Source of the DNA: Candidatus Wildermuthbacteria bacterium | Lineage (GTDB): Bacteria > Patescibacteriota > Minisyncoccia > Minisyncoccales > PEYH01 | Direction of reading: 5' to 3' | Length of the DNA stretch: 64,000 nucleotides | Assembly (NCBI GenBank): GCA_037445205.1 | Contig: JBBIKX010000001.1 | Coordinates: 8,767 to 72,766, forward strand | Shown: positions 10,521-20,164 of the stretch, in pieces | Layout: the number at the start of each line of letters is the position of its first letter | Numbering within the stretch: position 1 is the stretch's first letter | The notes under the pieces: model-generated | Told to the model about the DNA's origin: nothing | Databases searched by the model: none | What the model saw: the letters and a program-made list of their open reading frames with translations, nothing else | Program-made: the position numbers and the translations under genes

Positions 10521-11088
10521 AGATATGACCGTAAGAATAAAAGAACAATTTGGAGAAAAGATAAACCTGAAAATGAAGGAGCTTTTTGGATATCGAAGCC
10601 GTCTTTCAGCGCCCAAGATAAAAAAGGTTGTTGTAAATGTCGGATTCGGAAATTTGGTGGCTAACAAATCAAAGCAAGAGAGAGAAAAAATATACGAAGA
10701 AATAGCCAAAGATTTAGCGATCATAACCGGGCAGAAACCGATTGCCACCAGAGCAAAAAAATCCATTGCGGCTTTTAAAGTAAGAAGCGGCATGGCTTTA
10801 GGCGCCAAAGTAACTCTTAGGCGCCAGAAAATGAATGATTTTTTGGAAAGATTGATTAATATCGCCCTTCCCCGCACAAGGGATTTTAAGGGCATTGATC
10901 TTAAATGTATTGATCAGGGAGGCAATTTGAATTTTGGAATTAAAGAGCAGATTTCTTTTCCCGAGATTGCCCCGGAAAAGATTAAAAGAATTTTTGGTTT
11001 TGAAATTACCATAGTGACAAGCGCAAAAAGCCCAAAAGAGGCGATAGAATTATTTAAACTGCTTGGCTTTCCCTTAAAAAATCAATAA
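10513..11088 (+). CDS. rplE: 50S ribosomal protein L5
   Basis: 191 aa; operon position. Confidence 0.93.
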   Translation: MTKDMTVRIKEQFGEKINLKMKELFGYRSRLSAPKIKKVVVNVGFGNLVANKSKQEREKIYEEIAKDLAIITGQKPIATRAKKSIAAFKVRSGMALGAKVTLRRQKMNDFLERLINIALPRTRDFKGIDLKCIDQGGNLNFGIKEQISFPEIAPEKIKRIFGFEITIVTSAKSPKEAIELFKLLGFPLKNQ

Positions 11089-11097
11089 GATTTAAAT

Positions 11098-11283
11098 ATG
11101 GCTACAGAAGCGCAAATATACAAATCTTTAAAAAATCCGAAATTCAGCTCAAGAATTATGAGAAGATGTTTTAGATGCGGAAGAAAAAAGGGATATCTGA
11201 GAAAATTTGGCCTTTGTAGAATTTGTTTCAGAGAATTAGCGCATAAAGGCCTTATTCCCGGAATCAGAAAATCAAGCTGGTAA
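11098..11283 (+). CDS. rpsN: 30S ribosomal protein S14, zinc-binding type Z
   Basis: 61 aa; [20 protein letters not shown] zinc motif. Confidence 0.9.
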   Translation: MATEAQIYKSLKNPKFSSRIMRRCFRCGRKKGYLRKFGLCRICFRELAHKGLIPGIRKSSW

Positions 11284-11305
11284 ATTACATTTATTAAAAA
11301 AAGAT

Positions 11306-11692
11306 ATGGATTCAATCGCAGAAATGCTAATTAGGATAAAAAACGCCCAATCCGCAGGGAAGCCGACGGTGGATGTTGATTATTCTTCCGTAAAATATCA
11401 AATAGCGAATATTCTTGTAAAGAAGGATTTTCTTGAGGCGGTGGAGCGGAAATTCAAAAAGCAAAAAAAGTTTTTAAGATTAATTTTAAAATATGTAGAC
11501 AAAGAGCCGAAAATGAGGGGAGTAAAAAGGATTTCCAAGCCGGGGAGAAGAGTTTATTTGCCGTCTAAAAAAATAAAATCTTCAAAAGGAGTTTTTAGCG
11601 TTGTTATTGTCTCTACCTCTCAGGGGATAATGTCTCACATAGACGCGCGAAAGAAGAATTTGGGAGGAGAAATTATTTGTGAAGTCTGGTAA
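11306..11692 (+). CDS. rpsH: 30S ribosomal protein S8
   Basis: 128 aa; operon position. Confidence 0.93.
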   Translation: MDSIAEMLIRIKNAQSAGKPTVDVDYSSVKYQIANILVKKDFLEAVERKFKKQKKFLRLILKYVDKEPKMRGVKRISKPGRRVYLPSKKIKSSKGVFSVVIVSTSQGIMSHIDARKKNLGGEIICEVW

Positions 11693-11694
11693 AT

Positions 11695-12246
11695 ATGTCC
11701 CGCTTATCAAAAAAACCAATTGTTATTCCCGCCGGCATAGAAGCCGAGATTTTGCAAGGCACGATTAGGATAAAAGGCCCCAAGGGCGAGCTTTCTTTTA
11801 CTTTACATCCAAAGATAGAGATTTTAAAAGAGAGCAAAAAAATAAAAATTAAGACAAAAACCCTGACAAAGAAAACGAAATCTCTTTTGGGCCTTAGTAT
11901 AAGAATGATTTGCGCAATGATTGAGGGGGTTATTAAGGGATATGAAAAACAGTTAATAATAGAAGGAGTTGGATATAAGGCGAACGTAGAAGGAGAAGAT
12001 TTGATTTTGGAGGCGGGCTTCTCTCATAAGGTGAAAATGAAAATTCCCGAGGGCCTGAAAATAACTGTTGCCAAGAATGTTATCAGCATCTTGGGCGCAG
12101 ACAAGCAGGTTGTTGGCGAATTTGCCGCCAGAATTAAAAAAATAAAACCGCCCGAGCCGTATAAAGGAAAGGGGATTAGATATGCAAACGAAAAAATCAA
12201 AAAGAAATTTAGCAAAAAAGCAACTGCGGCCGCCAGCGCCGCTTAG
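11695..12246 (+). CDS. rplF: 50S ribosomal protein L6
   Basis: 183 aa; operon position. Confidence 0.93.
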   Translation: MSRLSKKPIVIPAGIEAEILQGTIRIKGPKGELSFTLHPKIEILKESKKIKIKTKTLTKKTKSLLGLSIRMICAMIEGVIKGYEKQLIIEGVGYKANVEGEDLILEAGFSHKVKMKIPEGLKITVAKNVISILGADKQVVGEFAARIKKIKPPEPYKGKGIRYANEKIKKKFSKKATAAASAA

Positions 12247-12262
12247 CGGATTCATATAAAAA

Positions 12263-12688
12263 ATGCCCAGCAAATTATCAAAAATTAAAAAAAGAATAAG
12301 AAGGCATAAAAGATGCAGAGCAAAGATTTTTGGCACGGCGCTAAAACCGCGACTTTGCGTTTTTCGCTCAAATAAACATATTTATGCGCAGTTGATTGAT
12401 GATGAAAAAAGAAAAGTATTGCTGTCGGCAAGCGATTTTGAAGTTAAGGGCCAAAAAAACAAAGCGCCATCTTTAAAAATTAAGGATAAAAACAAAAATG
12501 ATTCAAAAAAAGAGGATATTTTGCAAAGCGTTAAAAGGTCTATTGCTTATAAGGTTGGAGCTTTAATCGCCCAAAAAGCTTTTGCCAAAAAAATCAAAAA
12601 AATAGTCTTTGACAGGGGCGGATATAAATATCATGGCCGGGTTAGAGCGCTTGCAGAGGGAGCGCGCAACGAAGGTCTGGAATTTTAA
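12263..12688 (+). CDS. rplR: 50S ribosomal protein L18
   Basis: 141 aa; operon position. Confidence 0.9.
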   Translation: MPSKLSKIKKRIRRHKRCRAKIFGTALKPRLCVFRSNKHIYAQLIDDEKRKVLLSASDFEVKGQKNKAPSLKIKDKNKNDSKKEDILQSVKRSIAYKVGALIAQKAFAKKIKKIVFDRGGYKYHGRVRALAEGARNEGLEF

Positions 12689-12693
12689 TTTTT

Positions 12694-13170
12694 ATGGAAA
12701 AAAAAGGTTTTAGAAAATTTAATCAAAAGCCGGCGGATGATTTTGTTTCCGAGTTTTTGGAAGTGAGGAGGGTGACAAAGGTTACAACCGGAGGGAAGAA
12801 ATTAAGATTTCGCGGCATTGTTGTTATAGGCGATAAGAAGGGAAAGGTTGGTTTGGGAGTGGCAAAGGGAAAAGATGTCGCCCAGGCGATTGAAAAAGCA
12901 GAAGCATCGGCAAGAAAAAATATAATTGATGTGCCCATCGTTGAGGGAACCATACCGCACGAAGTTATGGCAAAATTCGGCGCGGCAGTTATTCTTTTAA
13001 GACCCCAAAGAAAAGGAAGGGGGTTGGTTGCGGGCGGAACAGTGAGGGTTATTTGTCAGCTTGCAGGCATTAAAAACATTTCTTCAAAAACCCTTGGAAC
13101 AACAAGAAACAAGCTGAATAACGCCCGGGCAACTCTTAGAGCGATAAAGCAATTAAGGATAAAAAAGTAG
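12694..13170 (+). CDS. rpsE: 30S ribosomal protein S5
   Basis: 158 aa; followed directly by L15 (no L30). Confidence 0.93.
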   Translation: MEKKGFRKFNQKPADDFVSEFLEVRRVTKVTTGGKKLRFRGIVVIGDKKGKVGLGVAKGKDVAQAIEKAEASARKNIIDVPIVEGTIPHEVMAKFGAAVILLRPQRKGRGLVAGGTVRVICQLAGIKNISSKTLGTTRNKLNNARATLRAIKQLRIKK

Positions 13171-13173
13171 TTT

Positions 13174-13617
13174 ATGCAAATTCACCAGATTAAGCCAAAA
13201 AATCCCCGCAAAAGGAAAAAACGGATCGGAAGGGGAGGCAAAAGAGGGGTTTTTTCCGGAAAGGGAACCAAAGGACAGAAATCGCGCGCAGGAAGAAGAA
13301 TGCAGCCCCTTATCAGAACCCTCATTAAAAAATATCCAAAACTCAGAGGATATAGCTTTAAGGCAAAAAATAAAAATCAAAATTCAAAAATCGCCGCTTT
13401 GAATATAGAAACCTTAGAAAAACAATTTCAAGACGGGGATAAGGTTTCTTTTAAGAGTTTGCTTGAAAAAAGAATAATTCGTAAAATAAAAGGAGCAGCG
13501 CCCAGAGTAAAAATTTTAGGAAGGGGCAATTTAAACAAAAAAATTACAATTGAAAAATGCATGGTTTCCAAAACCGCCCGGGAGAAAATTAAAAAAACGG
13601 GCGGAAAGATTTTATAA
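13174..13617 (+). CDS. rplO: 50S ribosomal protein L15
   Basis: 147 aa; Gly/Lys-rich N-terminus. Confidence 0.9.
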   Translation: MQIHQIKPKNPRKRKKRIGRGGKRGVFSGKGTKGQKSRAGRRMQPLIRTLIKKYPKLRGYSFKAKNKNQNSKIAALNIETLEKQFQDGDKVSFKSLLEKRIIRKIKGAAPRVKILGRGNLNKKITIEKCMVSKTAREKIKKTGGKIL

Positions 13618-13620
13618 TTT

Positions 13621-14913
13621 TTGAAAATGTGGTCTGGCAAGCTTTTACAAATTTTTAAAATACGCGATTTAAGGAAAAAGATTTTCTTCGTTTTGCTGAT
13701 TTTTATTGTTTTCAGAATGATGGCAAACATTCCCGCGCCGGGAGTAAATACGGAAAATTTAAAAGAATTCTTTCAAAGATTTCAGGTCTTTGGCCTGATG
13801 AATATTTTTGCGGGCGGGGCGATGGAAAATGTTTCTATCGCCATGCTTGGATTGGGTCCCTATATTACAGCTACCATTATTTTTCAGCTCTTAACCCTTA
13901 TTTTTCCAGCTCTTGAGAGAATGTATAAGGAAGAAGGCGATGCGGGGAGAAAAAAATTCAATCAATATGCAAGAATTGTAACTGTGCCGCTGGCTCTTGT
14001 TCAGGCATATGCGATGCTTTCCTTTTTTCAAAAACAGAACGCGGTGAGTTTTGATTCTTCGTTTTCTCTTTTGGCGTCTGTGGTGGCGGTGACGGCGGGC
14101 AGTATTTTTCTGATGTGGCTTGGAGAATTAATTACAACAAGGGGTATCGGCAATGGCGTATCCCTTTTAATTTTTGCGGGAATTGTCGCGCGCCTGCCCC
14201 TAAATATCTGGGAAATAATGGTGAAATGGGAACGTTCCCAAATTCCATTCTATGCTTTGTTTTTGGCATCAATATTCGCGATTATATTCGGAGTTGTTTT
14301 TGTGACAGAGGCCAGAAGGAATATTCCCGTCTCCTACGCCAAAAGGGTGAGAGGGTCAAAAATTTATGGAGGGGTTTCTACGTATCTTCCTATGAGTGTT
14401 AATCCTGCGGGGGTTATTCCGATTATTTTCGCCCTTTCCATTATGATTTTTCCGGGGATGATCGCTAATTTTTTAACGGGCGCAGGGGGCAAAGTTGGTC
14501 TTGTTGCTCAGGCAATAGCGAATTTTTTTGATCCCCAAAAACATCCCTTTGGGCATGGCGCTATGTATTTCGCCCTTGTTTTCATCTTCACATATTTTTA
14601 TACGATGGTTACTTTTGATCCCAAAACTATTTCTTCTAACTTGCAAAAAATGGGCGGATTTGTTCCCGGTATTAGGCCCGGAACATCAACGGTGCAACAT
14701 CTTTCATTCATACTGCACAGGGTTTTATTTATCGGAGCCCTTTTTCTAGCCGCGATCGCTGTCATGCCTTCTATTATTCAGGGAATAACAAGAATAACTG
14801 CTCTGCAGTTTCTAATCGGGGGTACTTCTGTTTTGATTATGGTGAGCGTTATTTTGGAAATGGTGAAGCAGATTAATTCTCAGCTCCAGATGCGGGAGTA
14901 CGAAACAATTTAA
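13621..14913 (+). CDS. secY: Preprotein translocase subunit SecY
   Basis: 430 aa, 10 TM. Confidence 0.95.
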   Translation: MKMWSGKLLQIFKIRDLRKKIFFVLLIFIVFRMMANIPAPGVNTENLKEFFQRFQVFGLMNIFAGGAMENVSIAMLGLGPYITATIIFQLLTLIFPALERMYKEEGDAGRKKFNQYARIVTVPLALVQAYAMLSFFQKQNAVSFDSSFSLLASVVAVTAGSIFLMWLGELITTRGIGNGVSLLIFAGIVARLPLNIWEIMVKWERSQIPFYALFLASIFAIIFGVVFVTEARRNIPVSYAKRVRGSKIYGGVSTYLPMSVNPAGVIPIIFALSIMIFPGMIANFLTGAGGKVGLVAQAIANFFDPQKHPFGHGAMYFALVFIFTYFYTMVTFDPKTISSNLQKMGGFVPGIRPGTSTVQHLSFILHRVLFIGALFLAAIAVMPSIIQGITRITALQFLIGGTSVLIMVSVILEMVKQINSQLQMREYETI

Positions 14914-14936
14914 TTGCGCCTCTTTTGACCTAAAAC

Positions 14937-15656
14937 ATGTCGGAGTTAAAAAAAATAGACAGCCAGAGGATTATTATTGTTATTGGACCTCCGGGATCGG
15001 GCAAGGGAACTCAGGCAATTCTTCTTGCCGATAAATTGGGGTTATATTATTTTGAAACAAGCAAAATAATAGAGCTTAACGTGATGAATGCAAAGAAAGG
15101 AGAGTGGCAGATGGTTGAGGGTAAAAAATATTTTCTTGAAAACGAAAAAATAATATGGGAGAAAGGGGGATTGTGCAGTCCGCCGATAGTAACTTTTTGG
15201 GTCAAGGAAAAAATTAAAAATTTGGCAAACGAAAATCAAGGTATTATTTTTGCGGGTAGTCCTAGAACTATTTACGAAGCAGAAAACCTAATGCCTCTGC
15301 TGGAAAAACTTTATAAAAAAGAAAATATCAAGATTGTTTTGTTAGATTTGCCCCCGGAGCAGACATTGTGGCGCAATTCAAGAAGAAAAATCTGCACATT
15401 AATGCGCCATCCGATTATTTATCATCAGGAAACAAAAAAACTGAAAATTTGCCCGCTCGACGGCTCTAAGCTGGTGACAAGAGTGGGGCTTGACAGTAAA
15501 AAATCAATCAAATTAAGAGTTGAACAGTATCAAATCAGAACCTTTCCGGTTATAGACTATCTCAAGAAAAACCAATACGAAGTTGTAAAGATAAACGCGA
15601 TGCCCGCTCCATCAATAGTTTTTTCCGATATTTGCGACGCACTTGATATAAAATGA
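14937..15656 (+). CDS. adk: Adenylate kinase (with internal insertion)
   Basis: 239 aa; IIVIGPPGSGKGTQA P-loop. Confidence 0.9.
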   Translation: MSELKKIDSQRIIIVIGPPGSGKGTQAILLADKLGLYYFETSKIIELNVMNAKKGEWQMVEGKKYFLENEKIIWEKGGLCSPPIVTFWVKEKIKNLANENQGIIFAGSPRTIYEAENLMPLLEKLYKKENIKIVLLDLPPEQTLWRNSRRKICTLMRHPIIYHQETKKLKICPLDGSKLVTRVGLDSKKSIKLRVEQYQIRTFPVIDYLKKNQYEVVKINAMPAPSIVFSDICDALDIK

Positions 15657-16405
15657 GAGAAATTCCCGTTAAAACCAAAGAAGAAATAGAAATTATGGCC
15701 AGGGCCGGAAAAATCCTGGCTTTAATTTTAGATTCTTTAAAAAAAGAGATTCGAGCCGGCATAAAAACAAAAGATTTAGACTTAAAGGCCCGTCAATTAA
15801 TTAATTTTTACAAAGCGAAGCCAGCTTTTCTGGGATACGATAATTTTCCGGCTGTTTTATGCGTTTCCGTGAACGACATAATCGTCCACGGAGTGCCCTC
15901 TGATCATCAATTAAAAACAGGGGATATTATAAGCCTGGATCTTGGAATAAAATATGGCGGTTTTTATGTTGATATGGCGGTTACGATGCCGGTTGGAAAA
16001 GTTGATTCCGAGGCCTTAAGATTGATAAAAACCACAAAAAAAGCGCTCAAAAGAGCAATCAAAAAAGTCAGGCCCGGGAACACTTTTGGCGATGTCAGCA
16101 ACACTATTCAAAGATATATTGAGAAGCGGGGATTTTTTGTGATAAAAGATCTGTGCGGGCATGGCATCGGGAAAAAGCTTCACGAACCGCCGGAAATTTT
16201 AAATTATGGCAAAAGAAAAACAGGTCCTTTGTTGCGCGAAGGAATGGTTTTTTGTATAGAGCCAATGGCTTCAATCAGCGCTGAAAAAACAAAAAAATCC
16301 GATGATATCTGCGGATACAAAACGATTGATGGATCTCTGTCCGCCCATTTTGAACATACAGTGGCAGTGACAAAAAATGGGGCAAGGATTCTCACTAAAA
16401 TTTGA
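15653..16405 (+). CDS. map: Methionine aminopeptidase type I
   Basis: 250 aa; pita-bread fold metal ligands. Confidence 0.93.
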   Translation: MREIPVKTKEEIEIMARAGKILALILDSLKKEIRAGIKTKDLDLKARQLINFYKAKPAFLGYDNFPAVLCVSVNDIIVHGVPSDHQLKTGDIISLDLGIKYGGFYVDMAVTMPVGKVDSEALRLIKTTKKALKRAIKKVRPGNTFGDVSNTIQRYIEKRGFFVIKDLCGHGIGKKLHEPPEILNYGKRKTGPLLREGMVFCIEPMASISAEKTKKSDDICGYKTIDGSLSAHFEHTVAVTKNGARILTKI

Positions 16406-16461
16406 CGATTGGATCATATTATATTACTATAAAGAATCCCAAAAAAGATAAGGAGGTAGTG
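16402..16461 (+). promoter_or_regulatory. Promoter (TTGACG - 17 nt - TACTAT) plus conserved leader ending in AAGGAGGTAG for cassette A
   Basis: Leader ATATTATATTACTATAAAGAATCCCAAAAAAGATAAGGAGGTAG is near-identical to the leader at 56351-56387. Confidence 0.45.
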
Positions 16462-16839
16462 ATGAGAAGGATAACGCTTTTAGTAGGACTAGTTCCGCTT
16501 TCGCTCTGCACGGTTTTGGCGAGTCATTTCCTTGAGCTGCGCGGTTTCCATTACGAGCAAGCCGCTGTCTTATTTCTTCCTTTCTTAATATGGCTGACCT
16601 TATTGCGGCTTGTGGAAGGGTCAAGGGCTTGGATAGCTTGGATCGGATTTGGAACCGCCAGCGCATTGGGCGGTTTCGTTGTTTTTTCGGTGGTTCTGCA
16701 TCATCTTGCAGAGTGGAAAATAGGCCTTTGTCTCATCATGTTAGTTGCCTACTGTTTTGCCTGTGGGTTCGTTGGCCTGCTTGGTTACGATATCTGGAAG
16801 CTACAGCGCCACAATCGCGACAAGAAGAAAAAATCGTAA
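16462..16839 (+). CDS. GC-rich small membrane protein (about 4 TM), cassette A
   Basis: 125 aa from ATG 16462, 8 nt after AAGGAGG; GC far above flanks; hydrophobic. Confidence 0.6.
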   Translation: MRRITLLVGLVPLSLCTVLASHFLELRGFHYEQAAVLFLPFLIWLTLLRLVEGSRAWIAWIGFGTASALGGFVVFSVVLHHLAEWKIGLCLIMLVAYCFACGFVGLLGYDIWKLQRHNRDKKKKS

Positions 16840-16882
16840 CAAAGCAGAGCCGGGCAGATGGGGAAATTGAGGTTGGGATGTC

Positions 16883-16916
16883 GGGGGCATAGCTAGGCCC
16901 CCTTTTTCTTTTTTTG
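16883..16916 (+). terminator. Intrinsic terminator (GGGGGC/GCCCCC stem plus T-run) ending cassette A
   Basis: GC hairpin followed by TTTTTCTTTTTTT. Confidence 0.55.
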
Positions 16917-16961
16917 AAAAAGATGATAGAATAAAAAAGATAAAGAATTAATTTAAAAAAA

Positions 16962-17696
16962 ATGAAACTATCAATAATTATTCCCGCGTACAACGAAGAA
17001 AAAAGACTGCCCAAAACGCTTTTATCGATAGATAAGCATTTGAAAGGACAATCTTATGAATATGAGATTATTGTTGTAAGCGATGGTTCAAAAGACGACA
17101 CCGCAAAGATGGCTAATGATTTAAAGCCCAATGTTTCAGGCCTGAAAGTGATTGACAACAAGGAAAATCACGGCAAGGGATATGTCGTGAGGCAGGGAAT
17201 GCTTGAGGCAAGAGGAGATTATCGCATTTTCAGCGATGCTGATAATTCTACCACCATTGATCAGGTTGAAAGAATGTGGCCTTGGTTTGAAAAAGGATAC
17301 GACATCGTCATAGGATCAAGAGATGTTGAGGGTTCTGTTTTAAATCCTCCCCAGCCCTGGCTCAGAAAAGTTATCTTTGGAGGAGGGTTCAAGCTGGTCA
17401 GAAAATTTATAATCGGCCTTTGGAATATAAATGATACCCAGTGCGGCTTTAAATGCTTTACAAAAAAAGCCGCGGAAGACATTTTCTCTTCTTCAAAAAT
17501 TGACGGCTTTGCGTTTGATGTGGAAATACTGGTTTTGGCGAAGAGAATGAAGCATAAAATCAAAGAAATACCAATTACCTGGATAAATGACGTTGAGTCA
17601 AAAGTGAAATTAAAACATGTTTTCAAAATGTTTTTGGAAATGCTTAAATTGAGAAAGGATTTAGTTTTTGGAAAATATGGAAAAAGAAGAATCTAA
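16962..17696 (+). CDS. Family 2 glycosyltransferase (dolichyl-/polyprenyl-phosphate sugar transferase-like)
   Basis: 244 aa; IIIPAYNEE...VVSDGSKDDT, DxD-type GT-A signatures. Confidence 0.8.
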   Translation: MKLSIIIPAYNEEKRLPKTLLSIDKHLKGQSYEYEIIVVSDGSKDDTAKMANDLKPNVSGLKVIDNKENHGKGYVVRQGMLEARGDYRIFSDADNSTTIDQVERMWPWFEKGYDIVIGSRDVEGSVLNPPQPWLRKVIFGGGFKLVRKFIIGLWNINDTQCGFKCFTKKAAEDIFSSSKIDGFAFDVEILVLAKRMKHKIKEIPITWINDVESKVKLKHVFKMFLEMLKLRKDLVFGKYGKRRI

Positions 17697-18726
17697 TCCA
17701 TTTCCGTCACAGCTGCGCTATGATTTGGTTTCAAAAGACTGGGTAATTATCGCCACGGGCCGGGCAAAAAAACCCCAGCTTTTTAAGCAGGCAAGAAAAC
17801 CCCAACAAGCAGTCAGGAGAAAAGATTGCCCATTTTGCAAAACAGAAACGCAATTGTTGCCCACCCTTGTTTTTTCCAATGGAAAAAGACAAGACCTGAA
17901 AAAAAACAATGGCAAAATTCCAAAAAATTGGACAACCGTCGTTATTCCCAACAAATACCCGGCCCTTTTACCCCACCCCGATCTTGGTAAAAAAATGGAA
18001 GGCGGGCTTTATCAAACAATGAACGCGGTCGGTTTTCACGAGGTTGTGGTTACCAGAAATCATCAAAAAACAATGGCAAAGTTTTCTTTAAAGGAAGCAA
18101 AAGAACTTATGGATGTTTATCAGGCAAGATATCTTGATTTAATGAAGAAAAAATTCGTAAATTATATTTCCATATTTCATAACCATGGCCAGGCGGCCGG
18201 CGCCTCCATAGAACATCCTCACTCTCAAATTATTACAACGCCCCTGATCGATTCGGATTTAAACAAAGCGCTTATCAACGGCCATAGATATTTTAAGAAA
18301 TTCAAAGAATGCATCTATTGCAGGATGAATAGATGGGAAATAAGAGCGAAAAAAAGAATTATTTTTGAAAATAAAAATTTTATTGCCGTTTGCCCTTTTG
18401 CCTCTAAAGCCGCTTTTCAGGTCATTATATCGCCCAAAAAACACCTTTCTTATTTTGAGCGAATAACAGAAAAAGAAAAAATTGATTTGGCAGATGCTTT
18501 TAGAACGGCTTGCGCAAAGCTTGAAAAAGGCCTAAATAGCCCCGCTTATAATTTTTATCTTCACACCGCCCCTTGCGACAGAAAAAAATATCCCTTTTAT
18601 CATTGGCACTGGACTATTATTCCCAAGACATCGACTTGGGCCGGTTTTGAAATCGGCACAAGAATTGAAATTTCCACCATTGAGCCCGAAAAAGCAGCGC
18701 AGTATTTAAGAGAACAAAGGACTTAA
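17668..18726 (+). CDS. galT: Galactose-1-phosphate uridylyltransferase-like HIT-family nucleotidyltransferase
   Basis: 352 aa; N-terminal RYDLVSKDWVIIATGRAKKP, CPFC zinc motif, HPHSQ active-site motif. Confidence 0.7.
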   Translation: MENMEKEESNPFPSQLRYDLVSKDWVIIATGRAKKPQLFKQARKPQQAVRRKDCPFCKTETQLLPTLVFSNGKRQDLKKNNGKIPKNWTTVVIPNKYPALLPHPDLGKKMEGGLYQTMNAVGFHEVVVTRNHQKTMAKFSLKEAKELMDVYQARYLDLMKKKFVNYISIFHNHGQAAGASIEHPHSQIITTPLIDSDLNKALINGHRYFKKFKECIYCRMNRWEIRAKKRIIFENKNFIAVCPFASKAAFQVIISPKKHLSYFERITEKEKIDLADAFRTACAKLEKGLNSPAYNFYLHTAPCDRKKYPFYHWHWTIIPKTSTWAGFEIGTRIEISTIEPEKAAQYLREQRT

Positions 18727-18840
18727 GTTTTTTGTAATGGGGAAAAATATATCTGGAAAGCATAGAGGGGGTTGGCACGAGATTTACGCTTGTTTTTCCG
18801 TTTGCAAGACAGAGCTACTTAAAATCAGCTCAAAAGTCTT

Positions 18841-19587
18841 ATGAATAAAACAATAATTATAGCAAACTGGAAATGCAATCCGAATTCTCTAAAAGAGGCA
18901 AAAAATATTTTTGGAAAAATCAAAAAATCCCTTAGCCGTTTTAAAAAGATAGAAATAGTGGTTTGCGCGCCATTTGTCTATCTTTTTTCTTTAAAAAATA
19001 TCGCGGGAGGGAATATTCTTCTGGGCGCCCAAGATGTTTTTTGGGAAGAGGGGGGAGCGTTTACAAGCCAAATTTCTTCTTTAATGCTTAAAGACGCCGG
19101 ATGCAAATACGTGATAATTGGCCATAGCGAAAGAAGGAGATTCGGAGAGAGCGATGTAACGATAAATAAAAAGATTAAGAAGGCGATTTCTTTTGGGTTA
19201 AATGTTATTTTTTGTGTTGGGGAAACAAAGGAGGAAAGAGAAAAAGGAAGGACGTTTGAAGCGGTGTCAGGGCAGTTAAAAATTGGGTTGGGCGGTGTAT
19301 CAAAAAACTTGACGAAAAATATCATTATCGCCTATGAGCCGGTTTGGGCGATAAATCCGGGAAAACCCTGTTTATATGACGACGCCATGACAATGAATAT
19401 TTTTATTAAAAAAAATCTTGTTAAAATTTTTGGAAAGAATTTTTCCCAGAAAATAAGAATAATTTACGGAGGGAGCGTTGATTCCCAAAACGCAAAAGAT
19501 TATATAGAAAAAACGCTTATGAAAGGATTATTGGTTGGATCCGCTTCTTTAACAGAAGATTTTATAAAGATAGCAAAAAAAATATAA
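18841..19587 (+). CDS. tpiA: Triosephosphate isomerase
   Basis: 248 aa; IIANWKCN, IIGHSERR, AYEPVWAI. Confidence 0.9.
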   Translation: MNKTIIIANWKCNPNSLKEAKNIFGKIKKSLSRFKKIEIVVCAPFVYLFSLKNIAGGNILLGAQDVFWEEGGAFTSQISSLMLKDAGCKYVIIGHSERRRFGESDVTINKKIKKAISFGLNVIFCVGETKEEREKGRTFEAVSGQLKIGLGGVSKNLTKNIIIAYEPVWAINPGKPCLYDDAMTMNIFIKKNLVKIFGKNFSQKIRIIYGGSVDSQNAKDYIEKTLMKGLLVGSASLTEDFIKIAKKI

Positions 19588-19635
19588 TTTCTTGTTTTCG
19601 CCTGACCTTTTTGATAGTATATACAAAGAAATTTT

Positions 19636-20145
19636 ATGAAAGACATAACTTTCGGAAGGTTTTTTAATCCCACAAAGGGCTATATTGATTTTTCAGAAGT
19701 TTTAAATGAAATCTTTTTTTATTTTCAGGAGAGGCCGGAAAAATTTTATGAAGTTGTTTTGGGCTGCGATTCGTCTTCCCAAAAAGAGCCATTTTTTCCT
19801 GTGGCCATTGTTGTTTTAAGAAGAGGGGAGGGCGGAAGGTTTTTTTTGAAAAAAATCAAATATCGCCATAGAAAATTTTATAATCATCAACAAAGGATTT
19901 TAGAAGAAGTTTTTTTGTCCTGTCAGATGGCGCTTATCATAAAAGATAGGATTAACAATGAAATCAGGGGGAAAATACCAAATTTAAAATTGGAATTTAA
20001 ATATATCCATGCCGATGTGGGAACAAATGGATTGACCCGCGATATGATAAAGGAAGTGGTTGGATTGATCAAGGGGAACGGATTCGAGGCAAAAATCAAG
20101 CCCGAATCTTTTGCGGCTACGATTGTAGCCGATCGCTACTCCTAA
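19636..20145 (+). CDS. Hypothetical protein, possibly DUF458/YkuK RNase H-like family
   Basis: 169 aa; GCDSS...VAIVVLRRGEGGRFF pattern; assignment from memory only. Confidence 0.55.
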   Translation: MKDITFGRFFNPTKGYIDFSEVLNEIFFYFQERPEKFYEVVLGCDSSSQKEPFFPVAIVVLRRGEGGRFFLKKIKYRHRKFYNHQQRILEEVFLSCQMALIIKDRINNEIRGKIPNLKLEFKYIHADVGTNGLTRDMIKEVVGLIKGNGFEAKIKPESFAATIVADRYS

Positions 20146-20164
20146 AAAATCAATAAAAAAGCCA

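Noticed and set aside
18727-18840. 114-nt galT-tpiA spacer considered as SRP RNA/small ncRNA
   Set aside because: No conserved SRP domain-IV motif or convincing extended structure seen by eye.
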